A stretch of 31,627 bases of DNA from a virus (Duplodnaviria > Heunggongvirae > Uroviricota > Caudoviricetes), in the IMG/VR virus record IMGVR_UViG_3300032315_001694. One strand, given 5' to 3'. The position numbers and the translations under genes were made by a program. This document shows positions 9,527 to 19,754 of the stretch, in pieces. The notes under the pieces were generated by a model. It ran no database searches and had not been told where the DNA came from. It saw only the letters and a program-made list of their open reading frames with translations. Position 1 is the stretch's first letter, and each line of letters opens with the position of its first letter.

Positions 9527-12500
9527 TTATCCCCAAGTTCCTTGGAAATAACCATTATACCAAAGTCCACCATTAAATATACCATCCTTAAATACACCAT
9601 TATACCACAATCCAGAATTCCAAGTTGAATTGATGAAACTAGATACACATCTTAAATTAGATACTGAACCAGAAATTGGTAATTTAACCATACTAAATTC
9701 AACAATTGCACCTGTTGGATTCAATGTTATATCTTGTGTTAAACTCAATGTAGCAGTTATGGAATTTTGACCATATGTAATATTAAACAATGTTGGGTTA
9801 GGACTGAGTATTCCAATAAATGGTGATAAGTCAACTTGATAATTTGTATAAGTCAAATTAACCTGAGCACTTGATAAACCTGGAGGAGCAGGCACAGTAT
9901 TTAATTGTGAGTAATTTAGTACACCATTTAAGAAAAACCAATTTGAATCAACAAACTCTGAAAAAACATCACCAGAATTTGATTGATCTATATAAGAGGT
10001 ATAGGTAAATAATGTTCCAGTTGAATTAGAAGATACAGCAACAACATTCCATAAACCATCTAATAAAGTATTACCAATAGTATTTTGTAAACTTCTATCA
10101 ACATAAATATCCGTTGTATTGTTAATAGAATCATAATCAGTATAAAGCACATTGTATAATCTCGGATTGTCAGTTGAACCATAAATTGAGAAAGTGGTAT
10201 AATTACTATTATCCAAAATATAAACCTCATCATTGATGTTAAATGGATAATCACCATTCAAAGTAAATGAATTAGCAGTCGCTGTTACTTTTAAAACTTC
10301 AATATCTTCTGATATACCACCATGCCAAGTAGTATTTTTAAAGTTAATATTATAAGCCAATCCACCCCAGAAATCACCACCACCAAATAATCCAGTATAC
10401 CACTTGGAATATTTATGCACTTCACTAACATCCGGATTTCCATTATCATCTAAATTTAGATATGAATGAAATTGACCAGCTAAAAACTTACCACTCTCCC
10501 AAATAGAATTTCGAGAGTTATTTGATTTAGTACCAAATCTTGATACTTTACTATTCTTCTCATCAAATATACCATTATACCAAACACCATTCTCAAAATC
10601 ACCACCATAGAACTTACCATCTAACCAGAAAGAAGGACCATTATCAGTATTGAATACACCATTATTCCATTGACCCAATACCCAGATACCAGAATGAAAC
10701 TTACCATCAAGCCATAAACCATCATTCCAAGTTCCATCAAACCACCTACCAGTCGACCAAGTTCCACCATACCAACGACCATTGTACCAAGTTCCATTTT
10801 CCCAACTTCCATCAAACCATCTACCTTCATACCAAATAGATTTGGTTTCAATAGTTGTTTGATTATCAATTCTAACAGAAAGTAAATTATCTGTTGTTGA
10901 TTTAGAAGTCCAAATACCATAATACCAATCACCACTTAACCAAGAACCAGATATCCAAGTTCCACCAAACCATCTTCCACAATACCAAATACCTTTATAC
11001 CAAACAAGATTTTTATTTGAATCTAAACCAATTATAGCATTAGAAATCTCTGCTTCTAATATCCAAGACCAATCAGAATTTAATTGAATTAAATCTAAAC
11101 CATCAACTAATCTAAATTTATACTTATTTAAGTCAAGATTAATCAAATCATAAGAAGAACCAACTATATCCCAATTTTCTGTTGTTACTTCAACAGATTG
11201 TTTTATTTTCTTATCACCAATTCCTAAATCAAAAATATCAATAGGTTGAAAATTTAAGAAATAATCTTTTTTAACAAAGAACACTTTAAAATTAGGAATA
11301 CCGAATGTAGTTGCCGGTATTGGTAAGATTACACTATAAGGACCATTAATCGTTATATTGTGATATCCCAATAAAGTACTTGGATATAAAGATTGACTAC
11401 CAACCATCGTTACAATTACATAATCCTGATTGTTAAGTTGATGAGGTTCAGTAAAATCAAACTGGTAATTACCGGTTCCTATATCAGTTGAAACATTTAA
11501 CACCGTAAATTCAAATTCTCTATCTAACTTAGTCACTTGCATAGATAATTCATACTTAAAATCAGTATAAAGAATACCTGTTAAATCTTTAATTACTGAA
11601 TAATCTGAAAGTAGAATCTTAGTATAAGAATCAGTCGGAACCTTAAAATCTAATTCGGTTTCATAATTTGACCAAGTTCCAGTTACACCAGTAAGAGTTA
11701 GAGTATCATAGGATTCACTCACTAACCATTCAGGCCTATGTAAACGATTTATATACTGTAAGTCATCTGAAACCTGTTGAAGTGATCTTCTACTTACTAT
11801 ATCGACATAATAAATATCTACAAATGGAGTAAATATAAACTTATCATGAAACTCAATTACATACCAATTTGTCGTTGTTCCAGTTGCTGGAGTTACATAC
11901 TTATCAGTGATTAATAATCTTTGAGTTGTTGTTATATTACCATTTAAATCTGTAATATTGACATCAACAAAAGTCCACTTTAATAATGAATCCCAAATGT
12001 ATTTTAGATTTTCGCCAATTCTTAATTTATTATCTTCACCATTTGGTGATGGTGAATAAATACTAAATGTTCCATTATCTATGTAAATCTGATTTGGTAT
12101 ATCATTCGGTACTAACTGAGGTCCCGGAACACTAATCCAGTTAGGCATTGAATAAAATTCCTTAGTAGGTATATATTCAAAAGGATCAATAAAATTAAGA
12201 TAACTCAATAAATTGAAAGTTGGACTATAACCAAAATTTAAAAATCCAGAAGCATATTTAATTTCATTACTATAATTATTACCAACTGAATCTAATACAT
12301 CAATCGTTGATTGTAAATTATAATAAGCCGACCATTGACTATACTTTGGTGTAATTCTAAATGATTGAGTAGCTAAATTGTTATCTAATAACTGTTCACA
12401 ATTATAAGAATATGAAATATAATGTTTATTGAAGTTGTCAACAAAATATTGATTATTATTAGTTGTATTTTGTAAAGGATACTTATTTAAATCTCTAACA

Positions 12501-15500
12501 GTAAATCCAGTAGTAGAATAAGAAATATTATTTAATACATTTTCATTGAAATCTGTATAAAAATAAAAATATCCAGTAGTTATTACAGTTGGGTCCTGTC
12601 CACCACTAAATGGTTCATTAGGTGCCCAAATTAATGCAGGATTATAATTAGAAGTAAATGATATAATAGGAGTTACACCATTATATGTAGTACCAGCAGG
12701 TGAAATAATAGTCAATATGTTACCAAACGGAAAAGATGTAAATCCTGTGTTGGATGCGTTAATCTGACCGGATATAAAACTAATTATCTGAGATTCAAAA
12801 TTCCCAAACATCCCACCAGTTAATGGTGTTGCACCGGGAACAATAGTACCATCTACACTACCATTTGGAGATCCACCACTAATAGATATTGTTCCCGAAA
12901 TAGGCGTACCTGATACTGAAAGTGAAAAAGTGCCAACATATGAAGGTGGAAACGGACCAAACGGTAATGGAAAACTCTTCTGTTGTAATTGAATAGTAGT
13001 TGTTGCTCCCACACCACCAGAAATTGATGATGTCGTTGCAATTTTATTGATAATAAACTTACCCTCAAAAGTATCTGATGATATTTCTAATACATCACCA
13101 ACTTCTGGAATAACCGAACCAGACTGGAATGTTTCAACCCAAATGCCCAAATAATCATAAAAGTATAAATTATAAGGTGATATTGGTAAAGTAATAGGAA
13201 CGCCTGGTATCTCTCTAAATCTCGAAGATTGAGTTATTGACGATATTTGCATTGGTGGAGTTGCACTTGGCATTAATCCAACAATATCAAGATAATCAGT
13301 TGAAACACTTGGAGTTGCATAACTAAATGTTTTTCCACAAGCATCCGATGATGAAAACGTAAATGAAGGTTTAACAACATAAGCTTGTTCTAAATTTGAA
13401 TAATATTCAAATGTTTTTTGTCTATCTCTGAAATATTCAATCCAGTTTGTTTCTAAATAAGTTATCGGTGTTCCGGCATTATTAACTGTATTAGTATTTG
13501 GATTAAATCCAATGTGAGTATCAGTTCCAGAATTCTGAAGCATACTAACTGTAATACCATATCTCTCAGGAATACGATATTGACCGTAATCATCAAACCA
13601 ATATAATTTAGAACCAATATCATAGTCCATAAATAACAATCTCGGTTTCAATCTTGGAAAATAAGTTGAATCATAAACACTCGAAGTTGCTGAAAAATTC
13701 CATTTCTGCCATAAAGAAAAATTACCGGTATAAACCAATTCTTGATTATTGAATTCAGTAATGGCATTAATTGCTGATTGTGTCAAAGAAACACTAAAAG
13801 TCGTTGACCATATATTTGAATTACTCAATCCAAAATATCCAGATAATGGATTTACTTGATAAATATTTTCAAATGTTGAGAAATATAAACTACTGGTTGA
13901 TGATATCCAAGTAATACCTGAAACATCTCCAAAATTATTTGAAGTGTTTAATGTATCTTGAAGATAAAGAAAACTCCAAGTAGGTGAAATTAAATTATTA
14001 ATATCATATAAGTAGAGATTGTTCAATTCACATCCAATAGCAACAAATGAATAAGTCGATGAATTCGTACCTACCGTGAAGTAAGTCATATCTGTAATAT
14101 CATCAACTAACAAATATTCATCATCTAAGTAGTCTAAATATTTAGATATTCTTCTTTTATAAGCAAACCATTCACCTAAATTATAAGAAAACTCAATAAA
14201 TACACCATTATCACCACCAACATAAAACTTATCTATGTTAGAAAAAACTATCTTATTGTAATTATAACCATCAAAATCAGGCAAATAAATTTGTGTCCAA
14301 GTTTGACCAGTATCACTAGTTACCCAAATTTGATTATATAAACCAACAATAACACCTCTTAAATCATTAAAGAAATTAATGCTTGTTAGTCGAGTTAGAA
14401 CACTATCAGAAGGTTGATTTGAACCAGATGGGTATTTCAAAGATACTTTTTGAATTAAAAAATCAATTTTATCTACTTTTAGTAATAAACCTTCATCACC
14501 ACAAATCCAGTAATATCTACTTGTTTCTGAAACACTTCTTAATGTTGTTTTGTATTTCGAGTTTATAATATTTGTGATACTCTCTTGGTCATTAATTATA
14601 ACACCAAACTCACCAATAGTTATAGTTCTTTGTGGAACAGTATATGAATATGTAGCACTTAAAGTACCACTAACTTTCTCAACTACCAAGGATTGTGTCG
14701 CATGTTTAATAGTATCTTGTAAAGAAAGTTCAAATAAATTATTATAATCAACTCTTTGTCTTAAAACATAGTTATGACTTTCTTCAAAATACATTGATTC
14801 TCCAACCGGACCACCTGGATATAAAACACCACCACTATATTCTGGAAAAAATCCATTTTTTTGCCTATTAAGTTTGAATTGATTTTCTCTGTTAGAATCT
14901 CCCAATTTAACACAAATTGAATATCTCAAAATATCTTCATATGAATTCAAATCACTGGTCCTTTCTAATCTTCTATTCTTATAAATGTAAATTCCGTTTT
15001 CAGCTGTAGGAATTCTGTAAGTTGTTACAGTGCCAACTACACTATCAACTTCATAATAGTTATTAAAGAATGTAACTGGATTAGTAGAAGTTGGTATGGA
15101 AACCTTTGTGATCTGGTCTTTAACCAAAACACGATGTCCTTCTTTCACTATTACACCATCTATTACTAAATTAGGAATACTACTTGTTAGATTATCTAAA
15201 ATTGTAGTAGTTGCTAAATCAACATAAAATAAATTATCCTTCTGATCTTTTATTAATCTTTCAGGTGTAAAAAGATTTTTTAAGGTGTGATTATATTCTG
15301 GTAAAAGTTTATCAATCCAAATATTCAAAGATGAAGTTGCAATAATTGGACTTGGATTCTTAGGTAGAATACCAGAAAATGGTTGAACATAAGTAAGTGG
15401 CGAAGTACCAAGTAAATCAAAATAATAACTCGATGGAGTTGCACTAATATTTAGAACATCATAAACATTGCTCAAAGATGAACTTCCAGTAATCGCGGTA

Positions 15501-15661
15501 TTTATAGCAACATAAGTTGATCCACTTAAACATTTTTGATAAAATCTATATGTTTTAACATCTTGTGCTAAAGCATCAAAATCTGTTTTTTTAAGTGAAT
15601 CTGGTAGTGGTGTCCATTTACCAGTATCAATATTTCTTGACCAATTGTTATTTAAATTCAT
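9527..15661 (-). CDS. Very large virion structural protein (2044 aa; tail/baseplate-like) with a propeller-like region and W/F-x-x-G-x pentapeptide repeats
   Basis: N-terminal IDGVIVKEGHRVLVKDQ...ENGIY motif typical of phage fibre-associated domains; WVTSDTGQTW Asp-box-like motif; dozens of WxxG units near the C-terminus. Confidence 0.8.
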   Translation of the reverse strand: MNLNNNWSRNIDTGKWTPLPDSLKKTDFDALAQDVKTYRFYQKCLSGSTYVAINTAITGSSSLSNVYDVLNISATPSSYYFDLLGTSPLTYVQPFSGILPKNPSPIIATSSLNIWIDKLLPEYNHTLKNLFTPERLIKDQKDNLFYVDLATTTILDNLTSSIPNLVIDGVIVKEGHRVLVKDQITKVSIPTSTNPVTFFNNYYEVDSVVGTVTTYRIPTAENGIYIYKNRRLERTSDLNSYEDILRYSICVKLGDSNRENQFKLNRQKNGFFPEYSGGVLYPGGPVGESMYFEESHNYVLRQRVDYNNLFELSLQDTIKHATQSLVVEKVSGTLSATYSYTVPQRTITIGEFGVIINDQESITNIINSKYKTTLRSVSETSRYYWICGDEGLLLKVDKIDFLIQKVSLKYPSGSNQPSDSVLTRLTSINFFNDLRGVIVGLYNQIWVTSDTGQTWTQIYLPDFDGYNYNKIVFSNIDKFYVGGDNGVFIEFSYNLGEWFAYKRRISKYLDYLDDEYLLVDDITDMTYFTVGTNSSTYSFVAIGCELNNLYLYDINNLISPTWSFLYLQDTLNTSNNFGDVSGITWISSTSSLYFSTFENIYQVNPLSGYFGLSNSNIWSTTFSVSLTQSAINAITEFNNQELVYTGNFSLWQKWNFSATSSVYDSTYFPRLKPRLLFMDYDIGSKLYWFDDYGQYRIPERYGITVSMLQNSGTDTHIGFNPNTNTVNNAGTPITYLETNWIEYFRDRQKTFEYYSNLEQAYVVKPSFTFSSSDACGKTFSYATPSVSTDYLDIVGLMPSATPPMQISSITQSSRFREIPGVPITLPISPYNLYFYDYLGIWVETFQSGSVIPEVGDVLEISSDTFEGKFIINKIATTSSISGGVGATTTIQLQQKSFPLPFGPFPPSYVGTFSLSVSGTPISGTISISGGSPNGSVDGTIVPGATPLTGGMFGNFESQIISFISGQINASNTGFTSFPFGNILTIISPAGTTYNGVTPIISFTSNYNPALIWAPNEPFSGGQDPTVITTGYFYFYTDFNENVLNNISYSTTGFTVRDLNKYPLQNTTNNNQYFVDNFNKHYISYSYNCEQLLDNNLATQSFRITPKYSQWSAYYNLQSTIDVLDSVGNNYSNEIKYASGFLNFGYSPTFNLLSYLNFIDPFEYIPTKEFYSMPNWISVPGPQLVPNDIPNQIYIDNGTFSIYSPSPNGEDNKLRIGENLKYIWDSLLKWTFVDVNITDLNGNITTTQRLLITDKYVTPATGTTTNWYVIEFHDKFIFTPFVDIYYVDIVSRRSLQQVSDDLQYINRLHRPEWLVSESYDTLTLTGVTGTWSNYETELDFKVPTDSYTKILLSDYSVIKDLTGILYTDFKYELSMQVTKLDREFEFTVLNVSTDIGTGNYQFDFTEPHQLNNQDYVIVTMVGSQSLYPSTLLGYHNITINGPYSVILPIPATTFGIPNFKVFFVKKDYFLNFQPIDIFDLGIGDKKIKQSVEVTTENWDIVGSSYDLINLDLNKYKFRLVDGLDLIQLNSDWSWILEAEISNAIIGLDSNKNLVWYKGIWYCGRWFGGTWISGSWLSGDWYYGIWTSKSTTDNLLSVRIDNQTTIETKSIWYEGRWFDGSWENGTWYNGRWYGGTWSTGRWFDGTWNDGLWLDGKFHSGIWVLGQWNNGVFNTDNGPSFWLDGKFYGGDFENGVWYNGIFDEKNSKVSRFGTKSNNSRNSIWESGKFLAGQFHSYLNLDDNGNPDVSEVHKYSKWYTGLFGGGDFWGGLAYNINFKNTTWHGGISEDIEVLKVTATANSFTLNGDYPFNINDEVYILDNSNYTTFSIYGSTDNPRLYNVLYTDYDSINNTTDIYVDRSLQNTIGNTLLDGLWNVVAVSSNSTGTLFTYTSYIDQSNSGDVFSEFVDSNWFFLNGVLNYSQLNTVPAPPGLSSAQVNLTYTNYQVDLSPFIGILSPNPTLFNITYGQNSITATLSLTQDITLNPTGAIVEFSMVKLPISGSVSNLRCVSSFINSTWNSGLWYNGVFKDGIFNGGLWYNGYFQGTWG
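10321..11002 (-). repeat. (W/F)-x-x-G-x pentapeptide repeat tract; a second tract at about 9530-9625
   Basis: e.g. WYEGRWFDGSWENGTWYNGRWYGGTWSTGRWFDGTWNDGLWLDGKFHSGIWVLGQWNNGVF. Confidence 0.85.
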
Positions 15662-15664
15662 ATT

Positions 15665-15880
15665 TTATCTTCTTACTTTTAATTTCCAAGTTACGGTTAT
15701 ACTATCTACATCTAATGAATTTGTGATTATAGAAACTTTAGATTTTCTTAAAATCTCTTTTATCTCATCGACAAATTCATCATATTTATAAATATCCGGC
15801 ATGTATAAGCCAACATCTATAATAAAATCTTCATCTTCTGAGAAAATTAAATTGTAAATTAAGTCATCTTTCAATTTCAT
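15665..15880 (-). CDS. Hypothetical protein (71 aa)
   Basis: ATG 4 nt downstream of TTAATATATA (15885-15894); abuts the 2044-aa gene. Confidence 0.7.
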   Translation of the reverse strand: MKLKDDLIYNLIFSEDEDFIIDVGLYMPDIYKYDEFVDEIKEILRKSKVSIITNSLDVDSITVTWKLKVRR

Positions 15881-15884
15881 ACTT

Positions 15885-15894
15885 TATATATTAA
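15885..15894 (-). promoter_or_regulatory. TTAATATATA motif (putative late promoter)
   Basis: Exact motif 4 nt before ATG 15880. Confidence 0.6.
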
Positions 15895-15943
15895 TTAATT
15901 AGTTTTTGTAACCAGGAAGCTAACAAAAAATAATACATAATGT

Positions 15944-16717
15944 ATGAGAATTGAAAAAACTGGAGGTAAAGAAAGACAAAAAACTCAACGAGAAATTGCC
16001 AATGAGCAATATGAGTTACAAAGACAAAGAGAGTTAGGCTCAATAAAAAAGGGAAAACTTTCAAAAGAAGAGCTTACTGCACGCAATGTTGAATTAACAC
16101 CAAAACAACACGAACTTTATAAAGGTATAAGAAATAATACTTTAACAGTTTGTCAGGGCCCTGCGGGAACTTCTAAAACATTCACAGCTTGTTATACATC
16201 TCTTGCATTACTAGCCGACAAAAAAATTGACCAAATCATTTTGACTAAACCAATTCAAGAAAGTGGTGAGAATTTAGGTTTTTTACCAGGAACAGTCGAA
16301 GAAAAAGTAGATCCTTATATGAAATCATATTTTTCTAATTTTGAGAAAATTATAGGAAAAGCAACTTTTGAATGGCTGAAAGGCACCGGTCAAATTATAG
16401 TAGAACCTCTTGCTTACATGAGAGGAACAACTTATGATAGGAGTATTATGTTACTTGATGAAGCACAAAACTGCACCATGACTCAATTAATGTTATGGGT
16501 GACTCGCCTAGGTTCTGAATCTAAAGCGATTCTAATGGGTGACGTATCTCAATACGATATTAAAAAAAGAGATTCTAAATTTTTAGAATTTATTCAAATA
16601 ATCGAAGGAGTCGACCAAGTAAATAATTTCCGATTCGGAGTTGAAGATATTGTTCGTAATAAATTCTTAATTGAGATTGTTAATAAATATGAAAAATGGA
16701 AATATGATAATGAGTAA
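15944..16717 (+). CDS. phoH: PhoH-like ATPase
   Basis: QGPAGTSKT Walker A, ENLGFLPG, EPLAYMRG, LLDEAQN, GDVSQYD, DIVRN motifs. Confidence 0.93.
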   Translation: MRIEKTGGKERQKTQREIANEQYELQRQRELGSIKKGKLSKEELTARNVELTPKQHELYKGIRNNTLTVCQGPAGTSKTFTACYTSLALLADKKIDQIILTKPIQESGENLGFLPGTVEEKVDPYMKSYFSNFEKIIGKATFEWLKGTGQIIVEPLAYMRGTTYDRSIMLLDEAQNCTMTQLMLWVTRLGSESKAILMGDVSQYDIKKRDSKFLEFIQIIEGVDQVNNFRFGVEDIVRNKFLIEIVNKYEKWKYDNE

Positions 16718-17671
16718 TTACCAAACATCATCATCAAGAATTTCTTCATCATCATCTTCTTCTTGTTGTTTTATTAAACCACCATCATTCTGAACTAAAA
16801 CGTATTTATACTTAAATACTTCAGAATTTGAAAGAGTTCCATATTTACGAGAATAGAATTTGAAACTATCTATATAAGGATAATGGTCACAGATATGATT
16901 ATCTAATTTAACTGTTAAATCAATTTTTTCTGGACCCTTAGGTGTCATTAATAATTTTTCACTTCGAGCTGATTGTTCCAGTTTATGGATATAACCATTC
17001 TTGAAAGCCCAGTTTTTGAAGAAAATCATATCGTGATCATAAATAGAGTAAATTCTATCCATGACTTTATATGTTTGACCATTTCTATCTTGACAAGACT
17101 CCCAAAGTAGTGCCCGAGTTTTAACCTTACCATCTTCACTAAGAAGAACTAACATTTTAATCTTATCTGGATTATTAGCATAAATCTGCATATATTGGTT
17201 CTTCTCACGGTAACGCATACAAGAATTCCAAAGAGTGCCAACACAAGCAGCATTAGGACGATAATAATTATCCAGTAAGTAATATTTTGGAATATCATCA
17301 CCTTCAACAATTTTAAGACGAGTTTCATCTCTATCAAAAAAACTCTTGAAAAGATTAACGAAAATTTCAACGTCATATTGGTCTACACCAAATGCCTTAA
17401 TTCCCTCACTACTAACAAATTTAGAAATAAATCTGCCGATCTTAAGAGGTATTCGATATTTATCTTCATCAAATCCAGCATGCTCTAAACCCAATTTAGA
17501 TTTGGGTATAAATGAGATATTATCATTACCTGCTTCTTTTTTGATGTAATCACCGGTTTTTTTTAGAAATTCTCCCCGATGATAGTCTATCAAATCGACT
17601 ATCTTTGAAAGGCCACGAGTTTCGGAAATAAAAGATTGAAAATCACTGTCAAAATTAAGCTTATAAGACAT
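16718..17671 (-). CDS. Hypothetical phage protein (317 aa) with GTLWNSCMRY and RALLW..MDRIY motifs
   Basis: ORF track; motif type recalled from large-phage proteins; acidic tail; no firm family assignment. Confidence 0.7.
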   Translation of the reverse strand: MSYKLNFDSDFQSFISETRGLSKIVDLIDYHRGEFLKKTGDYIKKEAGNDNISFIPKSKLGLEHAGFDEDKYRIPLKIGRFISKFVSSEGIKAFGVDQYDVEIFVNLFKSFFDRDETRLKIVEGDDIPKYYLLDNYYRPNAACVGTLWNSCMRYREKNQYMQIYANNPDKIKMLVLLSEDGKVKTRALLWESCQDRNGQTYKVMDRIYSIYDHDMIFFKNWAFKNGYIHKLEQSARSEKLLMTPKGPEKIDLTVKLDNHICDHYPYIDSFKFYSRKYGTLSNSEVFKYKYVLVQNDGGLIKQQEEDDDEEILDDDVW

Positions 17672-17683
17672 AATATATACTGT

Positions 17684-17911
17684 ATGAAATTTTTATTAGA
17701 ATTTAAAAGTTATTATCAAGTAGGCGACGTTGTTTTAATCGAATATTGGTACAATGATATGATTACTCATGTAAAAATAATAGAAAAAAACAAACGTTCC
17801 TACAAAGTTACACATAATATTCCTGAATCCAAAATTTTTAATGCTCCTGATGAAATCATTAAATCTTCTGATATTATTGATAATTATAAAATTGATGATA
17901 ATTTGTCATAA
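17684..17911 (+). CDS. Small protein (75 aa; start re-assigned to ATG 17684, MKFLLEFKSY), SH3/KOW-like beta pattern
   Basis: ATG lies 4 nt after TAATATATA; YQVGDVVLIEY...VKIIE pattern; this start avoids overlap with the divergent gene. Confidence 0.6.
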   Translation: MKFLLEFKSYYQVGDVVLIEYWYNDMITHVKIIEKNKRSYKVTHNIPESKIFNAPDEIIKSSDIIDNYKIDDNLS

Positions 17912-19020
17912 CTCTTTTTATCTAAAGGATTAGACATATCTAAATATTGTTCTTTAACTAACTCCAACTCCTCCTTAGTCAAGTCAGTAGTTAAAAACTT
18001 ATCGCGAAAAACATCGAAAACTCCCTTATTAGATTGAATTTCAACAAGACCACTTCCCCCATCATAAAAAGTCCGACTGTTAGAATTTAAATTAGACCAA
18101 TTTTGATCCTTTTTACTATTTCCACGGCGTGTTTTCCTACGACCTCTTGATGTATAATAATCTTCTTCATCATCAAAATCTCTAGAAGATCCCCAACCAT
18201 AACCATAATAATCTTCATATTCGGTTTCAGAATAAGAACTTTTATTCCAATTATCCCATTTTGATTCTCTTGTACCTGGAACCCTTTTAGTTGGCAATTC
18301 TTCCCACTTAACATCTAAACAAGCCAAAGATAACTTATTCAAGTGATATAAATCTTGAGATTCCCGAACGGTGTGTTCTGATTGATAACCAACCGAAATA
18401 TTGGTACACTCTGATATTAAATCAACAAACTCAGCAGAGTCAGTGTAAACACCAGTATTATCCGGTTTATAATACAAATTAGTAGATCTATTCAATTGAC
18501 TAGACAAATCCTTAGCAAATTCATCAGAACAACTACGACTTGAAGATTGATGAGTAATTACCGAGTTTGTTCCTCTTCTATCGAAGGATATTACTCTATC
18601 ATAAAGACCTTTAAATTTACCTTTAACTGATGCCGCTGAAGAACCAACACAACCAACTTCTTCACCAATAAAGAAATAATATAATCCAGGTATGTTGTTT
18701 TTAATTAAAAAAAGTAAAATTGTTACACCTGCTTTATCATCAGCACCAAGAATAGATTTACCATCAGTAGTTACAATCTGTTGTTTTGATATAATCTGAT
18801 TAACATTTACTTGTAAACTACATGCCGTATCTAAGTGAGCCGTAAACATAGTTCGGCTTTTACCTATTGAAATAAAGTAATTTCCCCATTCATCTTTTTC
18901 GAGATTGGGGAAAATACCTTGACTTATCATATCTTCAACTAATTCATCCTCAGTACCATATGGATACGTTTTAGATGTTAGTTTTAAAAATGTCGATTTT
19001 ATAAATGCGAAACTGTTCAA
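17884..19020 (-). CDS. M20/M28-family Zn metallopeptidase-like protein with a low-complexity C-terminal tail
   Basis: AHLDT, LGADDKAG, GEEVG, SFDRRG, YTDSAEF, NISVGYQSEHT metal-ligand motifs; TTG start. Confidence 0.8.
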   Translation of the reverse strand: MNSFAFIKSTFLKLTSKTYPYGTEDELVEDMISQGIFPNLEKDEWGNYFISIGKSRTMFTAHLDTACSLQVNVNQIISKQQIVTTDGKSILGADDKAGVTILLFLIKNNIPGLYYFFIGEEVGCVGSSAASVKGKFKGLYDRVISFDRRGTNSVITHQSSSRSCSDEFAKDLSSQLNRSTNLYYKPDNTGVYTDSAEFVDLISECTNISVGYQSEHTVRESQDLYHLNKLSLACLDVKWEELPTKRVPGTRESKWDNWNKSSYSETEYEDYYGYGWGSSRDFDDEEDYYTSRGRRKTRRGNSKKDQNWSNLNSNSRTFYDGGSGLVEIQSNKGVFDVFRDKFLTTDLTKEELELVKEQYLDMSNPLDKKSYDKLSSIL

Positions 19021-19035
19021 TTCTTTTATTTTTTA

Positions 19036-19067
19036 CAAATATAAGGATAAATTTCATTATTAACAAG
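19036..19067 (-). promoter_or_regulatory. Bacteroidota-type sigma promoter (CTTG-N20-TATATTTG)
   Basis: -7 box TATATTTG at 19043-19036; -33-like CTTG at 19067-19064. Confidence 0.55.
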
Positions 19068-19706
19068 TTAATTGAGATAATTGTTCATTACTCTTTCAAT
19101 TCCTGGTTTAGTAGATTCTGGAATCTCATAGTGAACTCCAGTAGAATCCTCGACTTGCATACCACCTAATCCTGTTGCATATTGAGCTAAAGCCCACCTC
19201 CACGATTCATCATTTGAGAACTTTCTTGACCAATCATTATGTAAGTCATATAAATGATAAGCTCCAGCCTTTATATTATTTTCTGGAGTATTACCACCTG
19301 CAAGATCTAACTTAGCAGAACAATAATTAAATGTTTGTGGCATCATTTGCATATAACCCATCGCACCCGAACCTTCAGAATTTTCAATAAATCTAAATCC
19401 TGACTCTCTATCCACCACACTAAAAAATATAGAGTATGGTATATCATATTTATCACATTCCGAAACCATAAGTTCAAAAACTCTTGGATCCAAATCTAAA
19501 AAGTTTTCTCGATGAATGAAATTACAATCATTCAATATAACATTTTGGAAATAACCTCTTTTAAATTGATTAGACTTTGTAATTACCGAAACGGTAATTG
19601 ATTCATATGGCATTGCTAGTTGTATAGATTTACTTGGAATGCTAACATTCTTATAAAAAATCAAAAATAAAAAAACTAGTAATATAAATATTTTTTTAAA
19701 ATTCAT
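19068..19706 (-). CDS. SLT-domain lytic transglycosylase with N-terminal hydrophobic anchor
   Basis: RESGF catalytic Glu, GAMGYMQMMPQT, NIKAGAYHL, ALAQYATG motifs. Confidence 0.85.
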   Translation of the reverse strand: MNFKKIFILLVFLFLIFYKNVSIPSKSIQLAMPYESITVSVITKSNQFKRGYFQNVILNDCNFIHRENFLDLDPRVFELMVSECDKYDIPYSIFFSVVDRESGFRFIENSEGSGAMGYMQMMPQTFNYCSAKLDLAGGNTPENNIKAGAYHLYDLHNDWSRKFSNDESWRWALAQYATGLGGMQVEDSTGVHYEIPESTKPGIERVMNNYLN

Positions 19707-19754
19707 AATCTTAATTATTTTTTGGACGTTTATATATTGGTGAAAAATCCACCC

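Noticed and set aside
4748-14747. Track ORFs 4748-4939, 9359-9628, 10060-10257, 10621-10935, 12853-13068, 14383-14568, 14550-14747
   Set aside because: Antisense or off-frame shadows of long CDSs; the MVxG periodicity of 10621-10935 is just the WxxG repeat read in another frame
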